64,000 bases of DNA, from positions 2,880,001 through 2,944,000 of the forward strand of contig CBDFJF010000002.1 in assembly GCA_965248265.1 (NCBI GenBank), in the 5' to 3' direction. Numbering within the stretch: the first letter of the stretch is position 1; each line of letters starts with the position of its first letter. The notes under the pieces were generated by a model, which saw only the letters and a program-made list of their open reading frames with translations, ran no database searches and was not told the origin of the DNA. A program made the position numbers and the translations under genes. The stretch is from Candidatus Latescibacterota bacterium (GTDB taxonomy: Bacteria; Latescibacterota; UBA2968; UBA8231). Below are positions 9,544 through 19,037 of the stretch, piece after piece.

Positions 9544-10419
9544 TCAGTCGTCCTCATCACAAAAGGCAGTGTAGAGCGTCTCGATAGCCTCCACGGTTGT
9601 TTCCTCGTCCAACACTGCCAGCCCGTAGTGCAGTTCCAGCGCATCGCCATCGGGGATGACGAGGTCCTCTTCCATGAGCAGGCCGGCACCCAGCAGATTC
9701 TTTCGCGTGAACCAGGTGACGGGATGTCTCGGATTGTCCGGGTGGTCCATCATCACCACTTCGCCGCCGGATGCACCTGCGGCGCTGACCCAGCGGGCGC
9801 GGCTGCGCATGATGTTCTCGTGTCCGGCCAGGCCCTCGCTGCTGCGGTGGTGGGCGTCGGCGAAGGGTGGTCCCAGGCGCAGTTCCAGACCGCTGTAGCG
9901 TGCAGCACGGGAGGCGCCCATGGTGATGTCGATGCCCAAAGGTTCGATGCGGGTCTGTATGCGCCAGTGATATCCCAAGGGATCGATGTTTTTGCAAACA
10001 GTATAACGGCGAGTCTCCGTCACCATCGGATGGTCGGTTGCGTCCAGCCAGGTCAGCTTCTCTTCAACGTGGATGCCCAAGGTATCCTGTTTGAGCTGCG
10101 TGAACTCGTCGTGTCGCTGGATGCCGTGAGTGCCATCGACGTACTCGTACTGGTCCTTGTCCGGCTGGTACCATGGTCCGCCCCAAAGGTTGGCGTCGTT
10201 GACGTGGACCCAGCCGAAGTAAAGTCCCGTGTGCCAGGCGTGATCGGGTGGCCGGTATTCGGTCACCAAGCCGCCGCTCGGTGTATAGATAGGGGCGAAG
10301 CAGGGTTTGGGCGACTCTGTTCGCGGCAGCTCCTCGACAGCCCGGTAGAAGGCTGTCATGCGATCGCCATCGACGATCTCGAATCCCAACCCGTTTTCTT
10401 TCAGTGAAAGCTCATTCAT
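9544..10419 (-). CDS. DUF6807 / 'PmoA family' (PF14100-like) beta-sandwich protein
   Basis: KPCFAPIYTPSG...PPDHAWHTGLYF...NLWGG...YSGL...DHPDNPRHPVTWFTR. Confidence 0.75.
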   Translation of the reverse strand: MNELSLKENGLGFEIVDGDRMTAFYRAVEELPRTESPKPCFAPIYTPSGGLVTEYRPPDHAWHTGLYFGWVHVNDANLWGGPWYQPDKDQYEYVDGTHGIQRHDEFTQLKQDTLGIHVEEKLTWLDATDHPMVTETRRYTVCKNIDPLGYHWRIQTRIEPLGIDITMGASRAARYSGLELRLGPPFADAHHRSSEGLAGHENIMRSRARWVSAAGASGGEVVMMDHPDNPRHPVTWFTRKNLLGAGLLMEEDLVIPDGDALELHYGLAVLDEETTVEAIETLYTAFCDEDD

Positions 10420-10481
10420 TGACAGATCCCAGAGATGGTTGTCCGCGTTTTTTCTGTGCTGCTTGGAACGCTTCGGTTTTC

Positions 10482-10732
10482 GTATCTAATCGGGTACAAA
10501 CGCGAGTATCCATTGAGATAACAGCGTATAACTAATTGTAAACATTGCGCTTACGAGCGTATCGATGCGTCGAGTGTATCTGAATGGATATTTCCCTGAT
10601 TTGGAGCACAGCGGCCAACGTGCCGCTTCCGATGGATCATTTACAACGATATAACAAGTTGAAAACAATACACTTAGTGTGGGCGTTACGATTTCTCTTT
10701 TCAGCGAGTTGAGAGATGGCACGCTGGTTGCA
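10482..10732 (+). promoter_or_regulatory. Sigma-54 (-24/-12) promoter with candidate enhancer sites and IHF-like site
   Basis: TGGCACG-CTGG-TTGCA at 10717-10732 (exact GG-N10-GC). GTATC-N6-GATAC-like sites at 10482, 10506 and 10576. IHF-like TTTCAACTTGTTA on the minus strand at 10652-10664. Confidence 0.75.
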
Positions 10733-10784
10733 ATTACAGGGGCAGAGCATGAAAACAAACGACCATCTCATCGGGAGCGCCATC

Positions 10785-10889
10785 ATGAAACGCACACAGA
10801 TCATTCACGGAATCACCTTCGTAATCTCAACGATGTTCGCGGTAGCATCCAGCGCTACCTTGTTGTACCTGGCTGTCATCTACGCTTGA
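10785..10889 (+). CDS. Putative single-TM micropeptide (34 aa; 46 aa from ATG 10749)
   Basis: GGGAG RBS then MKRTQIIHGITFVISTMFAVASSATLLYLAVIYA*, just downstream of the sigma-54 promoter. Confidence 0.55.
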   Translation: MKRTQIIHGITFVISTMFAVASSATLLYLAVIYA

Positions 10890-10986
10890 GAACGAGGTGT
10901 TCGGCTCCGCTCTTTGCGGAAACCGCTCTCGCATCACGGCGAAGACGTTAACCGCAATTCATCAGCTACGGACAGGAGCCGACGAA

Positions 10987-11781
10987 ATGGCAGAACAGCT
11001 GCAAGGAAAAGTGGCGGTGGTTACCGGCGGGAGTTCGGGCATTGGCAGGGCTACGTCGATGGCGTTTGCCCGAGAAGGAGCAAGGGTCGTCGTCAGTGAT
11101 GTCAACATCGACTGTGGCGAAGAGACGGTGGAGATGGTCAAAGAGCAGGGCGGTGAAGCTCTCTTCGTCAAGGCCGACGTGTCCAGGGCAGATGAGGTGG
11201 AAGCGTTGATGGACAAAGCAGTAGAGACGTACGGCCATCTGGACTGTGGCTTCAACAATGCCTGGGGTTTAGGGAAACCGGCTGACTCTGACGCTATCAA
11301 GTCCTTCCTCGCTCCTCCGCATGAATGTGAGGAAGATGTTTGGGATCAGACCATAGACATTTGCCTCAAAGGCGTATGGCTGTGCATGAAGTACGAAATT
11401 CAACAGATGCTCAAGCAAGGTGGCGGAACGATTGTTAATACCGCGTCGACATTGGGGTTGGTGGGACTGAAGGGACACAGCACCCCCTACATCGCGGCCA
11501 AACACGGCGTCATCGGGCTGACCAAGACGGGCGCTCTCGAGTACAGTGCGCTAGGGATTCGCGTCAACGCCGTTTGTCCGGGTACGATTCGCACAGCACC
11601 CTTAACGGCGGTTCTGGAAGAGGACCCATCGGTAGAAGAATCATGGGCCGCCATGCATCCCATCAGACGGATAGGAGAACCGCCGGAGATTGCCGAGGCG
11701 GTGGTATGGCTGTGTTCCGATGCGGCATCATTTGTCACGGGACATTCTATGTCAGTGGATGGTGGATGGACCGCACAGTAG
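10987..11781 (+). CDS. Classical SDR oxidoreductase (glucose 1-dehydrogenase-like)
   Basis: TGGSSGIG, FNNA, YIAAK, NAVCPG, DGG. AGGAG RBS. Confidence 0.95.
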   Translation: MAEQLQGKVAVVTGGSSGIGRATSMAFAREGARVVVSDVNIDCGEETVEMVKEQGGEALFVKADVSRADEVEALMDKAVETYGHLDCGFNNAWGLGKPADSDAIKSFLAPPHECEEDVWDQTIDICLKGVWLCMKYEIQQMLKQGGGTIVNTASTLGLVGLKGHSTPYIAAKHGVIGLTKTGALEYSALGIRVNAVCPGTIRTAPLTAVLEEDPSVEESWAAMHPIRRIGEPPEIAEAVVWLCSDAASFVTGHSMSVDGGWTAQ

Positions 11782-11826
11782 GCCGTGACGGGTAGTGACA
11801 ACAGGGTCTGCCTCGGCGGGATTGTC

Positions 11827-12642
11827 CTAATTGATCAGGGTTTTCAAGTAGGCAACGGCATCAGCCGGACTTTGCGGTCCCAGATGCTCGGGCACGATGA
11901 CGCCATTATAGTCGGCTTCCACCAGTGCGCGCACACAGCGGGCCATGTCGACGTCACCACTTTCCAGTGGTGCCTCATCGTGATCCATCAGGCAGGGACC
12001 TGTCCTGACCTGGTTGCGTGCATGCGCGAAGAAGATCTTGTCCATGCCCCAGGTCTCGGCCGGCGTATGGGGATCCTCGCCTATCAGGCACATACCCTGG
12101 CAGTAGGTGACGCCATTGTTAGGACTGGGCACGGCATCCCAGATACCTTTGACGACTTCGACGGCCCACAGGTGACTGGCGAGACGGAGATTCACCTCCT
12201 CGGCTACGGCTACGATTTCGCGGAAGAAGCAGATGACGGCATCCCAGCCATCTTCACCCGGCATGATCATGAGTGGTCGGCCTTCGTGGTACTCGTTGAA
12301 ATAGAGGAACCGATCCATCGGATAGAACAGGGCGGTGTCGATGCCGGATTGACCGGCGGCGCGGATGGACTGGCAGAAGGCGGCGCGCCCTGCTTCGTCC
12401 TTGCCGAGCACGATCTCCTGAGATGGCGCTCCCAGCATCACCCCTGATATCTGAATAACTCGCTTTCGGAGCTGATCCTCGACCTTTCTGAGCCCGGCCG
12501 TTGTCATGCAGCCGCGTTCATCAAAGCCCGGAACAGACTCGGACCTGAGGAAGATCTCGTTCACACCCGCGGTCTGACATTCCTCAGCAACTCCGTCAGC
12601 GCTGGTGTACCCCATGTGTATGCCTATACGCATGTCGTTCAA
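11827..12642 (-). CDS. Mannonate dehydratase-like TIM-barrel protein
   Basis: PSPNNGVTYCQG, FFAHARN, GDVDM, VPEH resemble the UxuA/xylose isomerase fold. Start is 12642 or 12633. Confidence 0.75.
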   Translation of the reverse strand: MNDMRIGIHMGYTSADGVAEECQTAGVNEIFLRSESVPGFDERGCMTTAGLRKVEDQLRKRVIQISGVMLGAPSQEIVLGKDEAGRAAFCQSIRAAGQSGIDTALFYPMDRFLYFNEYHEGRPLMIMPGEDGWDAVICFFREIVAVAEEVNLRLASHLWAVEVVKGIWDAVPSPNNGVTYCQGMCLIGEDPHTPAETWGMDKIFFAHARNQVRTGPCLMDHDEAPLESGDVDMARCVRALVEADYNGVIVPEHLGPQSPADAVAYLKTLIN

Positions 12643-12785
12643 CCTCGAATACGGCCAAAGGTGTTTTGGGAAGTACCTGTCATAAGAGAGCCCTTGTCAG
12701 TGATTCGGGCAAGACGACCGCTCCTTGCCAGGTGGCGATGGTTGTTTCAACCTAACTGCCAGTTCAAAGAGGACTGGACGAAGGG

Positions 12786-14570
12786 ATGGAACGGAGACTG
12801 TTGAGCAGAATCGGGGTGCGCGCGCTTCAGTTTGTCGTCGTCAGTATCGTGAGCAGTTCGCTCTGTGTATCGGCACAGCCATGCGACGTCGAGGACATCA
12901 GCCGGGACGGGACGGTGAATTTCAAAGATTTCTTCCGGCTCGTCGACCACTTCGGCCGACAGTGTGCACGGGATGAGGCTTGTGATGCTGCCGATTTGGA
13001 TCGAGATGGTATGGTCGAAGTCGATGATTTCTTCGCCTTTTCGGATGTGTTCGGGGCGCAGTGCGAGGGTACGGCTGGGCCCTGTATTCCGTCCGGCGAT
13101 CACATAAGTATTCAGAGCGCGCTGGTCGGAGACGGAGCCAGAGCCATTCTCTGCCAAGGAGCCGTATTCGAACTGGGGGATATCCTCTCGTTCACAGCCG
13201 ACGATCAGGCCATCTTCACTCAAGGATTTCCCACGGGCGACACACGCGCGCTGTTGAAGGTCGTCGGCGACAATGCGGCAGCAGTTGAGGCCGGCAACAA
13301 TTCGCGCGTGCGGCTGCGCAACGTCATCATCGACGGCAACCGGCAGGCATTGGGCACGGCGGCCCCGGCGCTGATCGAATTTGGCAGCACCGGTTCGGGC
13401 AACATGGTCGAATGGGTCAAGGCCTTCGAACCTCGTGGTTGGTCGGTGCTCTATCTCGGAGAGGGCGGTGATCGCCGCTGCTCGAATGCCATCGCCCGCC
13501 ACAACGACCTGGGGCCGGCTGGTAAAGCTCATTACATCATCGCCGACGGTATTTCGCTGGGCTGTCAGAACAGCATCGTAGAGTACAACACCATTACCGA
13601 TGCTACCGACGGCGGCATCGTCGTCTTTCAGGCACCGGGGTCACTGATCGCCAACAACACCATCAGGGCTCAGGAACGAATCATGTTCTACGGCATCTCG
13701 ATGGTCGACTACGGGCCATGGGATGGCGACTTCACGGGGACGCGGGTTGCCGGCAACACCATCGACGCCGCTGGGGAGCTGATTCGTCGCGGGATCAGCA
13801 TGGGCCCCTATGTGGGCTGCATCCCCGCTGAAGAGACCGTCCTGCGGAGCCGGGGCGCCGTAGTGGCCGACAATATCTTGACCGGGAATCACATGGGTTG
13901 GGGGTTTGCTGTTAGCGGGGTAGAGGACTGGACCGTCAGTGGCAACGTCGACGCGTCCACGCACCGGCAGCCGCCGGGTGAACTGGATTGCTTCGGGACA
14001 CCTTCAAGTGCTCCTTCCGGTTTCCAGATCAACCCGCTGACTTCCATCGGCAGTTTCCAGGACGAATACGAGACAGCCGTCTTCGGTTTTACCGTGGGCT
14101 GGTGGCCGGCGGAAGCCGTCTTCGAAGAGGAGTGCATGGCCGGGCTCATCGGCGACAACGAGCTGGACGCCATCAGGTCAAACGAACGCGGCTCATTGTG
14201 GCCGGCACTGGAAGAATCCGACAACGCCCATCTGTTCGACCGTTGCGCCAGCCTGCACGAGCCACCGGAAACCGGTGAATTGCCAGGTGAGCTGATTGTG
14301 GGTGTGTCGGCCTGCGAGCCCGGATGTGCTCAGGTGACGTTGACGAATATTTCCCAGGACGAAGCCGCGGACATGCGCAACGCCGTATTTACGATCGATG
14401 GTTTCCGGGTCGATTGTGATGACCTGCCGGAATTCATCGAGCCTGAACAAGTGGCCATCTGCACGATCGACGACTACGTCACCACGGGCTTTCAGGTTCT
14501 GCGCTGGTACGGTCTCCCCACACCCGGCCTCGATAATGGGTGGGGCTTCGAATATCCATTCGTGGAGTGA
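12786..14570 (+). CDS. Secreted protein with dockerin/EF-hand-like pair and right-handed parallel beta-helix
   Basis: Signal peptide. DISRDGTVNFKDF and DLDRDGMVEVDDF Ca-binding loops. Beta-helix repeats (IDGNR, YNTITDATDGGIVVF, NNTI, GNTI). Confidence 0.8.
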   Translation: MERRLLSRIGVRALQFVVVSIVSSSLCVSAQPCDVEDISRDGTVNFKDFFRLVDHFGRQCARDEACDAADLDRDGMVEVDDFFAFSDVFGAQCEGTAGPCIPSGDHISIQSALVGDGARAILCQGAVFELGDILSFTADDQAIFTQGFPTGDTRALLKVVGDNAAAVEAGNNSRVRLRNVIIDGNRQALGTAAPALIEFGSTGSGNMVEWVKAFEPRGWSVLYLGEGGDRRCSNAIARHNDLGPAGKAHYIIADGISLGCQNSIVEYNTITDATDGGIVVFQAPGSLIANNTIRAQERIMFYGISMVDYGPWDGDFTGTRVAGNTIDAAGELIRRGISMGPYVGCIPAEETVLRSRGAVVADNILTGNHMGWGFAVSGVEDWTVSGNVDASTHRQPPGELDCFGTPSSAPSGFQINPLTSIGSFQDEYETAVFGFTVGWWPAEAVFEEECMAGLIGDNELDAIRSNERGSLWPALEESDNAHLFDRCASLHEPPETGELPGELIVGVSACEPGCAQVTLTNISQDEAADMRNAVFTIDGFRVDCDDLPEFIEPEQVAICTIDDYVTTGFQVLRWYGLPTPGLDNGWGFEYPFVE

Positions 14571-14613
14571 CACACGAATTCCCTACGATTGCTCCGAGGA
14601 GGATTTCATCAAC

Positions 14614-15594
14614 ATGGAATACCGAGAGTTGGGCAGGACCGGAGTGCGGGTGTCTGCGATGTGTCTGGGTACTGCATTTCGCAGCCAGGATGATGAGCAG
14701 ATTTGCGTGCGCATCATCGACCGCGCCCTCGATTTGGGGTGCAACTTCATAGACACTGCACTCTATGGCGGGAGCCGGTCGGAGGAGATCGTCGGCAAGG
14801 CGATCAAAGACAAGCGCAACGAGGTCATCGTCAACACCAAGATAGAGCGCCTCCTTGGCGATGGCCCCAACTACAATCGCCTCAATCGCATGACGCTGAT
14901 GCAGGGGTGCGAGGCCAGCCTGAAGCGGCTGCAGACCGATCACATCGATACCTACCTGCTGCATCGGTTTGATCCCGAGACCCCGATTGAAGAGACCGTG
15001 CGGGGCCTGGATGATCTGGTACGGCAGGGCAAGGTACGCTACATCGGTTGTTCCAACTGGAAAGCCTGGAAGGTGATGGAAGCCCTGTGGATTTCATCGG
15101 AGAACAACCTGGCATCGTTCGTCTGCATCCAGTCGCAATTCAACTTGCTCAACCGCTTCGAGGTCGAGCCTGAGCTGATGCCGCTATGTAAACAGTTCGG
15201 GTTGGGAATCATGGCATACAGCCCGCTGGCCATCGGCCTGTTGACCGGACGCTTTCGACGTGGCCAGGAGCCGCCACCGAATACATCTTGGAGCAGGGGA
15301 GAGAACCGCGGATTGAGCCCTCACAAGTACGACTTCGACGCGGCCATGGACGAGCATGCCGACCGCGTCGTGCAGACGCTGATCGATATCGGCTCGCGGC
15401 ATGAGAGGACTCCAGCCCAGGTGGCGATCGCCTGGATCCTCGACCACGAAGAAATCAGCGCGCCGATCCTGGGTGCTGATCAGGTCGAGCATGTGGAGGA
15501 GATCTGCGCCGGACTGGATTGGACGTTAGGATTGGAGGATCGGGCGCTGCTGGATGAGGTCTCGCAGCGCTCCGAGCATCCGAGGTACTCATGA
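14614..15594 (+). CDS. Aldo/keto reductase
   Basis: MEYRELGRTG, FIDTA, SLKRLQTDHID, GKVRYIGCSN, YSPLAIG. GAGGAGG RBS. Confidence 0.95.
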   Translation: MEYRELGRTGVRVSAMCLGTAFRSQDDEQICVRIIDRALDLGCNFIDTALYGGSRSEEIVGKAIKDKRNEVIVNTKIERLLGDGPNYNRLNRMTLMQGCEASLKRLQTDHIDTYLLHRFDPETPIEETVRGLDDLVRQGKVRYIGCSNWKAWKVMEALWISSENNLASFVCIQSQFNLLNRFEVEPELMPLCKQFGLGIMAYSPLAIGLLTGRFRRGQEPPPNTSWSRGENRGLSPHKYDFDAAMDEHADRVVQTLIDIGSRHERTPAQVAIAWILDHEEISAPILGADQVEHVEEICAGLDWTLGLEDRALLDEVSQRSEHPRYS

Positions 15595-15675
15595 GTGCTG
15601 AGAGCGTGTGCATCGGGAGCGCGCAGCAACGAGCCTAGCAGCATCAACTTTGACCTGAGACGCGCGCTTCTGGGC

Positions 15676-15717
15676 AGACGTCTTGACGTTTCAACGCTAA
15701 AACGTTACCATTGTGGC
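15676..15717 (+). promoter_or_regulatory. Sigma-70 promoter overlapped by four 8-bp-period ACG repeats (candidate RHH operator)
   Basis: TTGACG 15683-15688, 17 bp spacer, TACCAT 15706-15711. Repeats AGACGTCT/TGACGTTT/CAACGCTA/AAACGTTA. Confidence 0.7.
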
Positions 15718-15951
15718 ATGACAGACACTACCAAACGCAGCACCGTCTACTTCGATCCATCCATTCACCGGGCTTTGAGACTCAAGGCAGCTGAGACCGA
15801 TCGTTCGGTTTCCGACCTGGTCAACGATGCTGTGCGCCAGTCATTGGCCGAAGACGCGGACGACCTGGCTGCGTTCGAGGATCGCGCTGCTGAACCCAAT
15901 CTCTCTTTCGAGGATGCCGTCAAGTCTTTGAAGCGCAGTGGCAAGATATAG
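15718..15951 (+). CDS. CopG/RHH antitoxin
   Basis: KRSTVYFDPSIHRALRLKAAETDRSVSDLVNDAVRQSLAED. Confidence 0.85.
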   Translation: MTDTTKRSTVYFDPSIHRALRLKAAETDRSVSDLVNDAVRQSLAEDADDLAAFEDRAAEPNLSFEDAVKSLKRSGKI

Positions 15952-16198
15952 CGTCCAGATCAAGCCCTCTGCGTTACGAGAGATCGAAGCAATCCCTCAG
16001 AAAAGAATCCGGCAGCGAATTGTCAGGCGAATTTCCGCGCTGGCCGACGATCCACGACCATCTGGTTGCGAGAAGCTGTCTGGGCAGGATAGGTATCGGG
16101 TCCGCCAGGGCTCGTATCGTGTTGTGTATTCCATCGAGGATCAGGCGCTCGTCGTCTTCGTGGTGAGGGTGGCTCACCGCTCCAGTGTGTACCGCTGA
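15938..16198 (+). CDS. relE: RelE/ParE family toxin
   Basis: LADDPRPSGCEKLSGQDRYRVRQGSYRVVYSIED...VAHRSSVYR. Confidence 0.9.
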   Translation: MARYSVQIKPSALREIEAIPQKRIRQRIVRRISALADDPRPSGCEKLSGQDRYRVRQGSYRVVYSIEDQALVVFVVRVAHRSSVYR

Positions 16199-16213
16199 CA
16201 ACCGGGCCAACTA

Positions 16214-16723
16214 CTACCTGCTTTCCACTCTCGCTTTCAGTGCGGCGTTCATCGCTTCGAATCCGCGTTTGGTATCGGTCTTCAGGCCGGGAGCAAAGAA
16301 CGGCACCAGAATGCCATGGAATTTCTCCCATTGGACGAATCGTGTGCTGCTGGATCCGGCGGACTCCAGTTGAAAGACGTGCTCACCATCGAAAATACCG
16401 GGGATTAGCACGCGACCCTTCCAGCGTAATTCCTGGTTGGCAGAAACCCTCAGTACAGTCGGTTGGAAGGTCATGGGATCTATTCCAGGTGCTCCGATCT
16501 CGACCGTGATCGTCTCGCCCTCGACGAGGTTGCCTTCAAGTCTTCTGATAAAGGGATTCCATTCGTGATAGCGCTCGTTGTCGGTCAGGACCGACCATAC
16601 TTCGTCTGGTTTGGCTTCGATCAATATCTGGGTGTGTAGTTCCGTGACACGAGAAAGCGACCACAGCACGTACACCGCGAGGCCCGCCAGCGCGGCGAGG
16701 ACGACTTGCCCGGTTCGACTCAT
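16214..16723 (-). CDS. SRPBCC/polyketide cyclase-like protein
   Basis: IEAKPDEVWSVLTD...EWNPFI...ELRWKG...FDGEHVF...FEAMNAALKARVE. Confidence 0.85.
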   Translation of the reverse strand: MSRTGQVVLAALAGLAVYVLWSLSRVTELHTQILIEAKPDEVWSVLTDNERYHEWNPFIRRLEGNLVEGETITVEIGAPGIDPMTFQPTVLRVSANQELRWKGRVLIPGIFDGEHVFQLESAGSSSTRFVQWEKFHGILVPFFAPGLKTDTKRGFEAMNAALKARVESR

Positions 16724-16741
16724 GACCGGTCTCCTTTCGCG

Positions 16742-17251
16742 CTATTGCCTCAGCAACCAGCGGATGCGTTTGAAGGAAATGGCGTAGTGCACACCGGTGG
16801 TGGCAGCATAGCCCCTGGCCAGATCCGCGTGTCCCATGTCCGCCATGGCCCAGGTGGCGAATCCGAAGAAGGCGAGTTCAACTCCAAGTCGCGCAAGTCC
16901 GGGCACGCGGACAAGGCCTTTGCCTCCTCGGCTGGGATCGTTTGGGACCGCGAAGGTGCCCCAGGCGCCGGCGGCTACTACGGGAACGCCGATCATCAGG
17001 CTGTAGCCAGCTACACCGTCCGTCTGATCCAGACCCCAGGCTCCCATGGCGGTCAACGCTGCCAGTTCGAGGGTGAAGCGCAGGGCGCCATTGGCCGGAT
17101 GCATCCGAGGGGGTTCACATTCCATCGATTCTGAATTGTCCTCGTTGTCACTCATTCGCGGAGTTTGTGCAATCGCATCACCGAAGGTGGCGTCCTGGGC
17201 GAAACAGATTGTACCGAAACCAAAGATGAGAGACCAGACCAGTGCGTGCAT
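16742..17251 (-). CDS. YrdB/DUF2568 family membrane protein
   Basis: NGALRFTLELAAL...WGTFAVPNDPSR...VPGLARLGVELAFF. The true start may be internal. Confidence 0.75.
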   Translation of the reverse strand: MHALVWSLIFGFGTICFAQDATFGDAIAQTPRMSDNEDNSESMECEPPRMHPANGALRFTLELAALTAMGAWGLDQTDGVAGYSLMIGVPVVAAGAWGTFAVPNDPSRGGKGLVRVPGLARLGVELAFFGFATWAMADMGHADLARGYAATTGVHYAISFKRIRWLLRQ

Positions 17252-17259
17252 GCGCGTGA

Positions 17260-18084
17260 CTATTCTCCTGCTGACTCAGTTTGCAGTGCCTCAATCGTGT
17301 TTTCGACAGACTGACGGAATGGTTCGGGCAGAGACTCCAGGTATTCCGGTTCAGAGTACTCCGATTCCAGCGCCCACTTGCTGATGCCGCAATGCTTGGC
17401 CCATTCCTTGGTGCCATACACGGCGAAGAGTGATCGGCGTCTCTTGCCGGGTGGCTTCACACCCCGATGAATCCCGCGCCAGTCAAAGGGGATGGCGCTG
17501 CCGGCGCGGACCTGCAGCTGGATGGCTCCGGGGAACATCTCCTCCGGTCCGGTTCGTTCTTCCACGAAGCGAGCTTCCTCTTCTTCGGTGTTGGCGCGAT
17601 TGTGGGAGCCGGGTACGAACCAGAAGGAATCGTCGTCTTCCAACGCGATGAGAACCTGCGTCGACTGCGCAGTGTCCTCTTCCCTGATCTGTTTTTCCAT
17701 GGGGGAGTCCTTACCCCACAGAAAGTAGGAATCCCGGTGCCACTGTCCCTGGTAGTCGTAATCGTTGTTCATGGCAAAGGCGGCGGATCCGTGCATGGCC
17801 AAGTCGCCAGTGTATAGGTTGCGCGCGAAAGAGATGATTTTCTGGGCACCGAGCGCATCCATCAGTGGAAAGCGTGCCAGAGCCGGGTGATGCGGATCCT
17901 GGAACCGATAGCCCTTGAGGAATCCGGTTTCTTCATCCCGTGGTGCTATTTCCAGGCGCAGCGCGGTCTCGAGGGTTTGCTCGTAGCAGTCGTGGACTTC
18001 GGCGAGATGGGCGGGTGGTACGACGTCCTCCAGGACTACGTAGCCTTGGCGCCGGTAGGTGGCTGCGTGCGAGTCAGTGATCAT
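17260..18084 (-). CDS. PhyH family Fe(II)/2OG oxygenase
   Basis: YRRQGYVVL, WHRD, VPGSH, IHRG. Confidence 0.88.
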   Translation of the reverse strand: MITDSHAATYRRQGYVVLEDVVPPAHLAEVHDCYEQTLETALRLEIAPRDEETGFLKGYRFQDPHHPALARFPLMDALGAQKIISFARNLYTGDLAMHGSAAFAMNNDYDYQGQWHRDSYFLWGKDSPMEKQIREEDTAQSTQVLIALEDDDSFWFVPGSHNRANTEEEEARFVEERTGPEEMFPGAIQLQVRAGSAIPFDWRGIHRGVKPPGKRRRSLFAVYGTKEWAKHCGISKWALESEYSEPEYLESLPEPFRQSVENTIEALQTESAGE

Positions 18085-18268
18085 GGGTAGGCCTTTTCAC
18101 AATGCGATCTGGGGTAGCCTGGGCCAGCTAAACCAGCGGGCACATGCGGCAACGGTACGCTGTACCTAACCTTCGCGGCAACCCCGCTCGGTTGTTGTCA
18201 CGAACGCAGGAACTCATCAAATTCAAGGGTAATGACGTTAACAGACACCGCGAGGGAAACACAGCACC

Positions 18269-19027
18269 ATGGACTGGAAGCCGAACGAAGCGACGATCAA
18301 GCAAGACTTCGACCGGGCTGGGTACTGCATCATACGCAATCACTTGAATGCACAGGAGACGGCACAGGTTCGCGAGAACGTTGAGCGTTTCGTCAGCGAC
18401 GTCTTGCCCGGTCTGCCGAAGGACAAGGCCTACTACGAAGACAAAAACGACGCCGGGACGCTCATGCGTCTGGTGGGGATGACGGAGAACGACGATTACT
18501 TCGGGGAGCTCTACCGCAGCGAGCAGTTTCTGGGGCTCGCCGATCACCTGTTGGACGGGGCCAGAGAGTCGCAGATGCAGTGGTTTGACAAACCGCCCCG
18601 TCTCGGCAAAGCGACCCCTCCTCACCAGGACGGATTCTACTACATGCTGGAGCCGAACGAAGCGCTGACGCTATGGCTGGCCATCGATACGGCGGACGAG
18701 GAGAACGGCTGCGTTCGCTACGTTCCGGGTTCTCATCGCCATGATATGAGACCTCACAGACCCAGTGGTGTCCTCGGCTTCTCGCAGGGGATTACGGATT
18801 ACGGCGATGAGGATTTCGCCACTGAGGTGCCTATGGTCGCCGAGCCCGGGGATGTCATCGTTCACCATTGCCTGACCATCCACCGCGCCGATGCCAACCC
18901 CAGCGATCGCCACCGCGCTGCCCTCGGGTTCCACTATCACGCCAAGCGAGCCGTGGCAGACGCGCAGCGGCGCGAGACTTACCAGAAGCAGCTGATGGAA
19001 CAGTGGGAGGCTGAAGGAAAGCTGTGA
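18269..19027 (+). CDS. PhyH family Fe(II)/2OG oxygenase
   Basis: TPPHQDGFY, WLAIDTADEENGC, PGSH, TIHRA. Confidence 0.92.
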   Translation: MDWKPNEATIKQDFDRAGYCIIRNHLNAQETAQVRENVERFVSDVLPGLPKDKAYYEDKNDAGTLMRLVGMTENDDYFGELYRSEQFLGLADHLLDGARESQMQWFDKPPRLGKATPPHQDGFYYMLEPNEALTLWLAIDTADEENGCVRYVPGSHRHDMRPHRPSGVLGFSQGITDYGDEDFATEVPMVAEPGDVIVHHCLTIHRADANPSDRHRAALGFHYHAKRAVADAQRRETYQKQLMEQWEAEGKL

Positions 19028-19037
19028 CAGCTCGCGG

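Noticed and set aside
9544-10419. Methane monooxygenase, from the 'PmoA' family name
   Set aside because: Soluble beta-rich protein with no pmoB/pmoC; the family label does not imply methane oxidation
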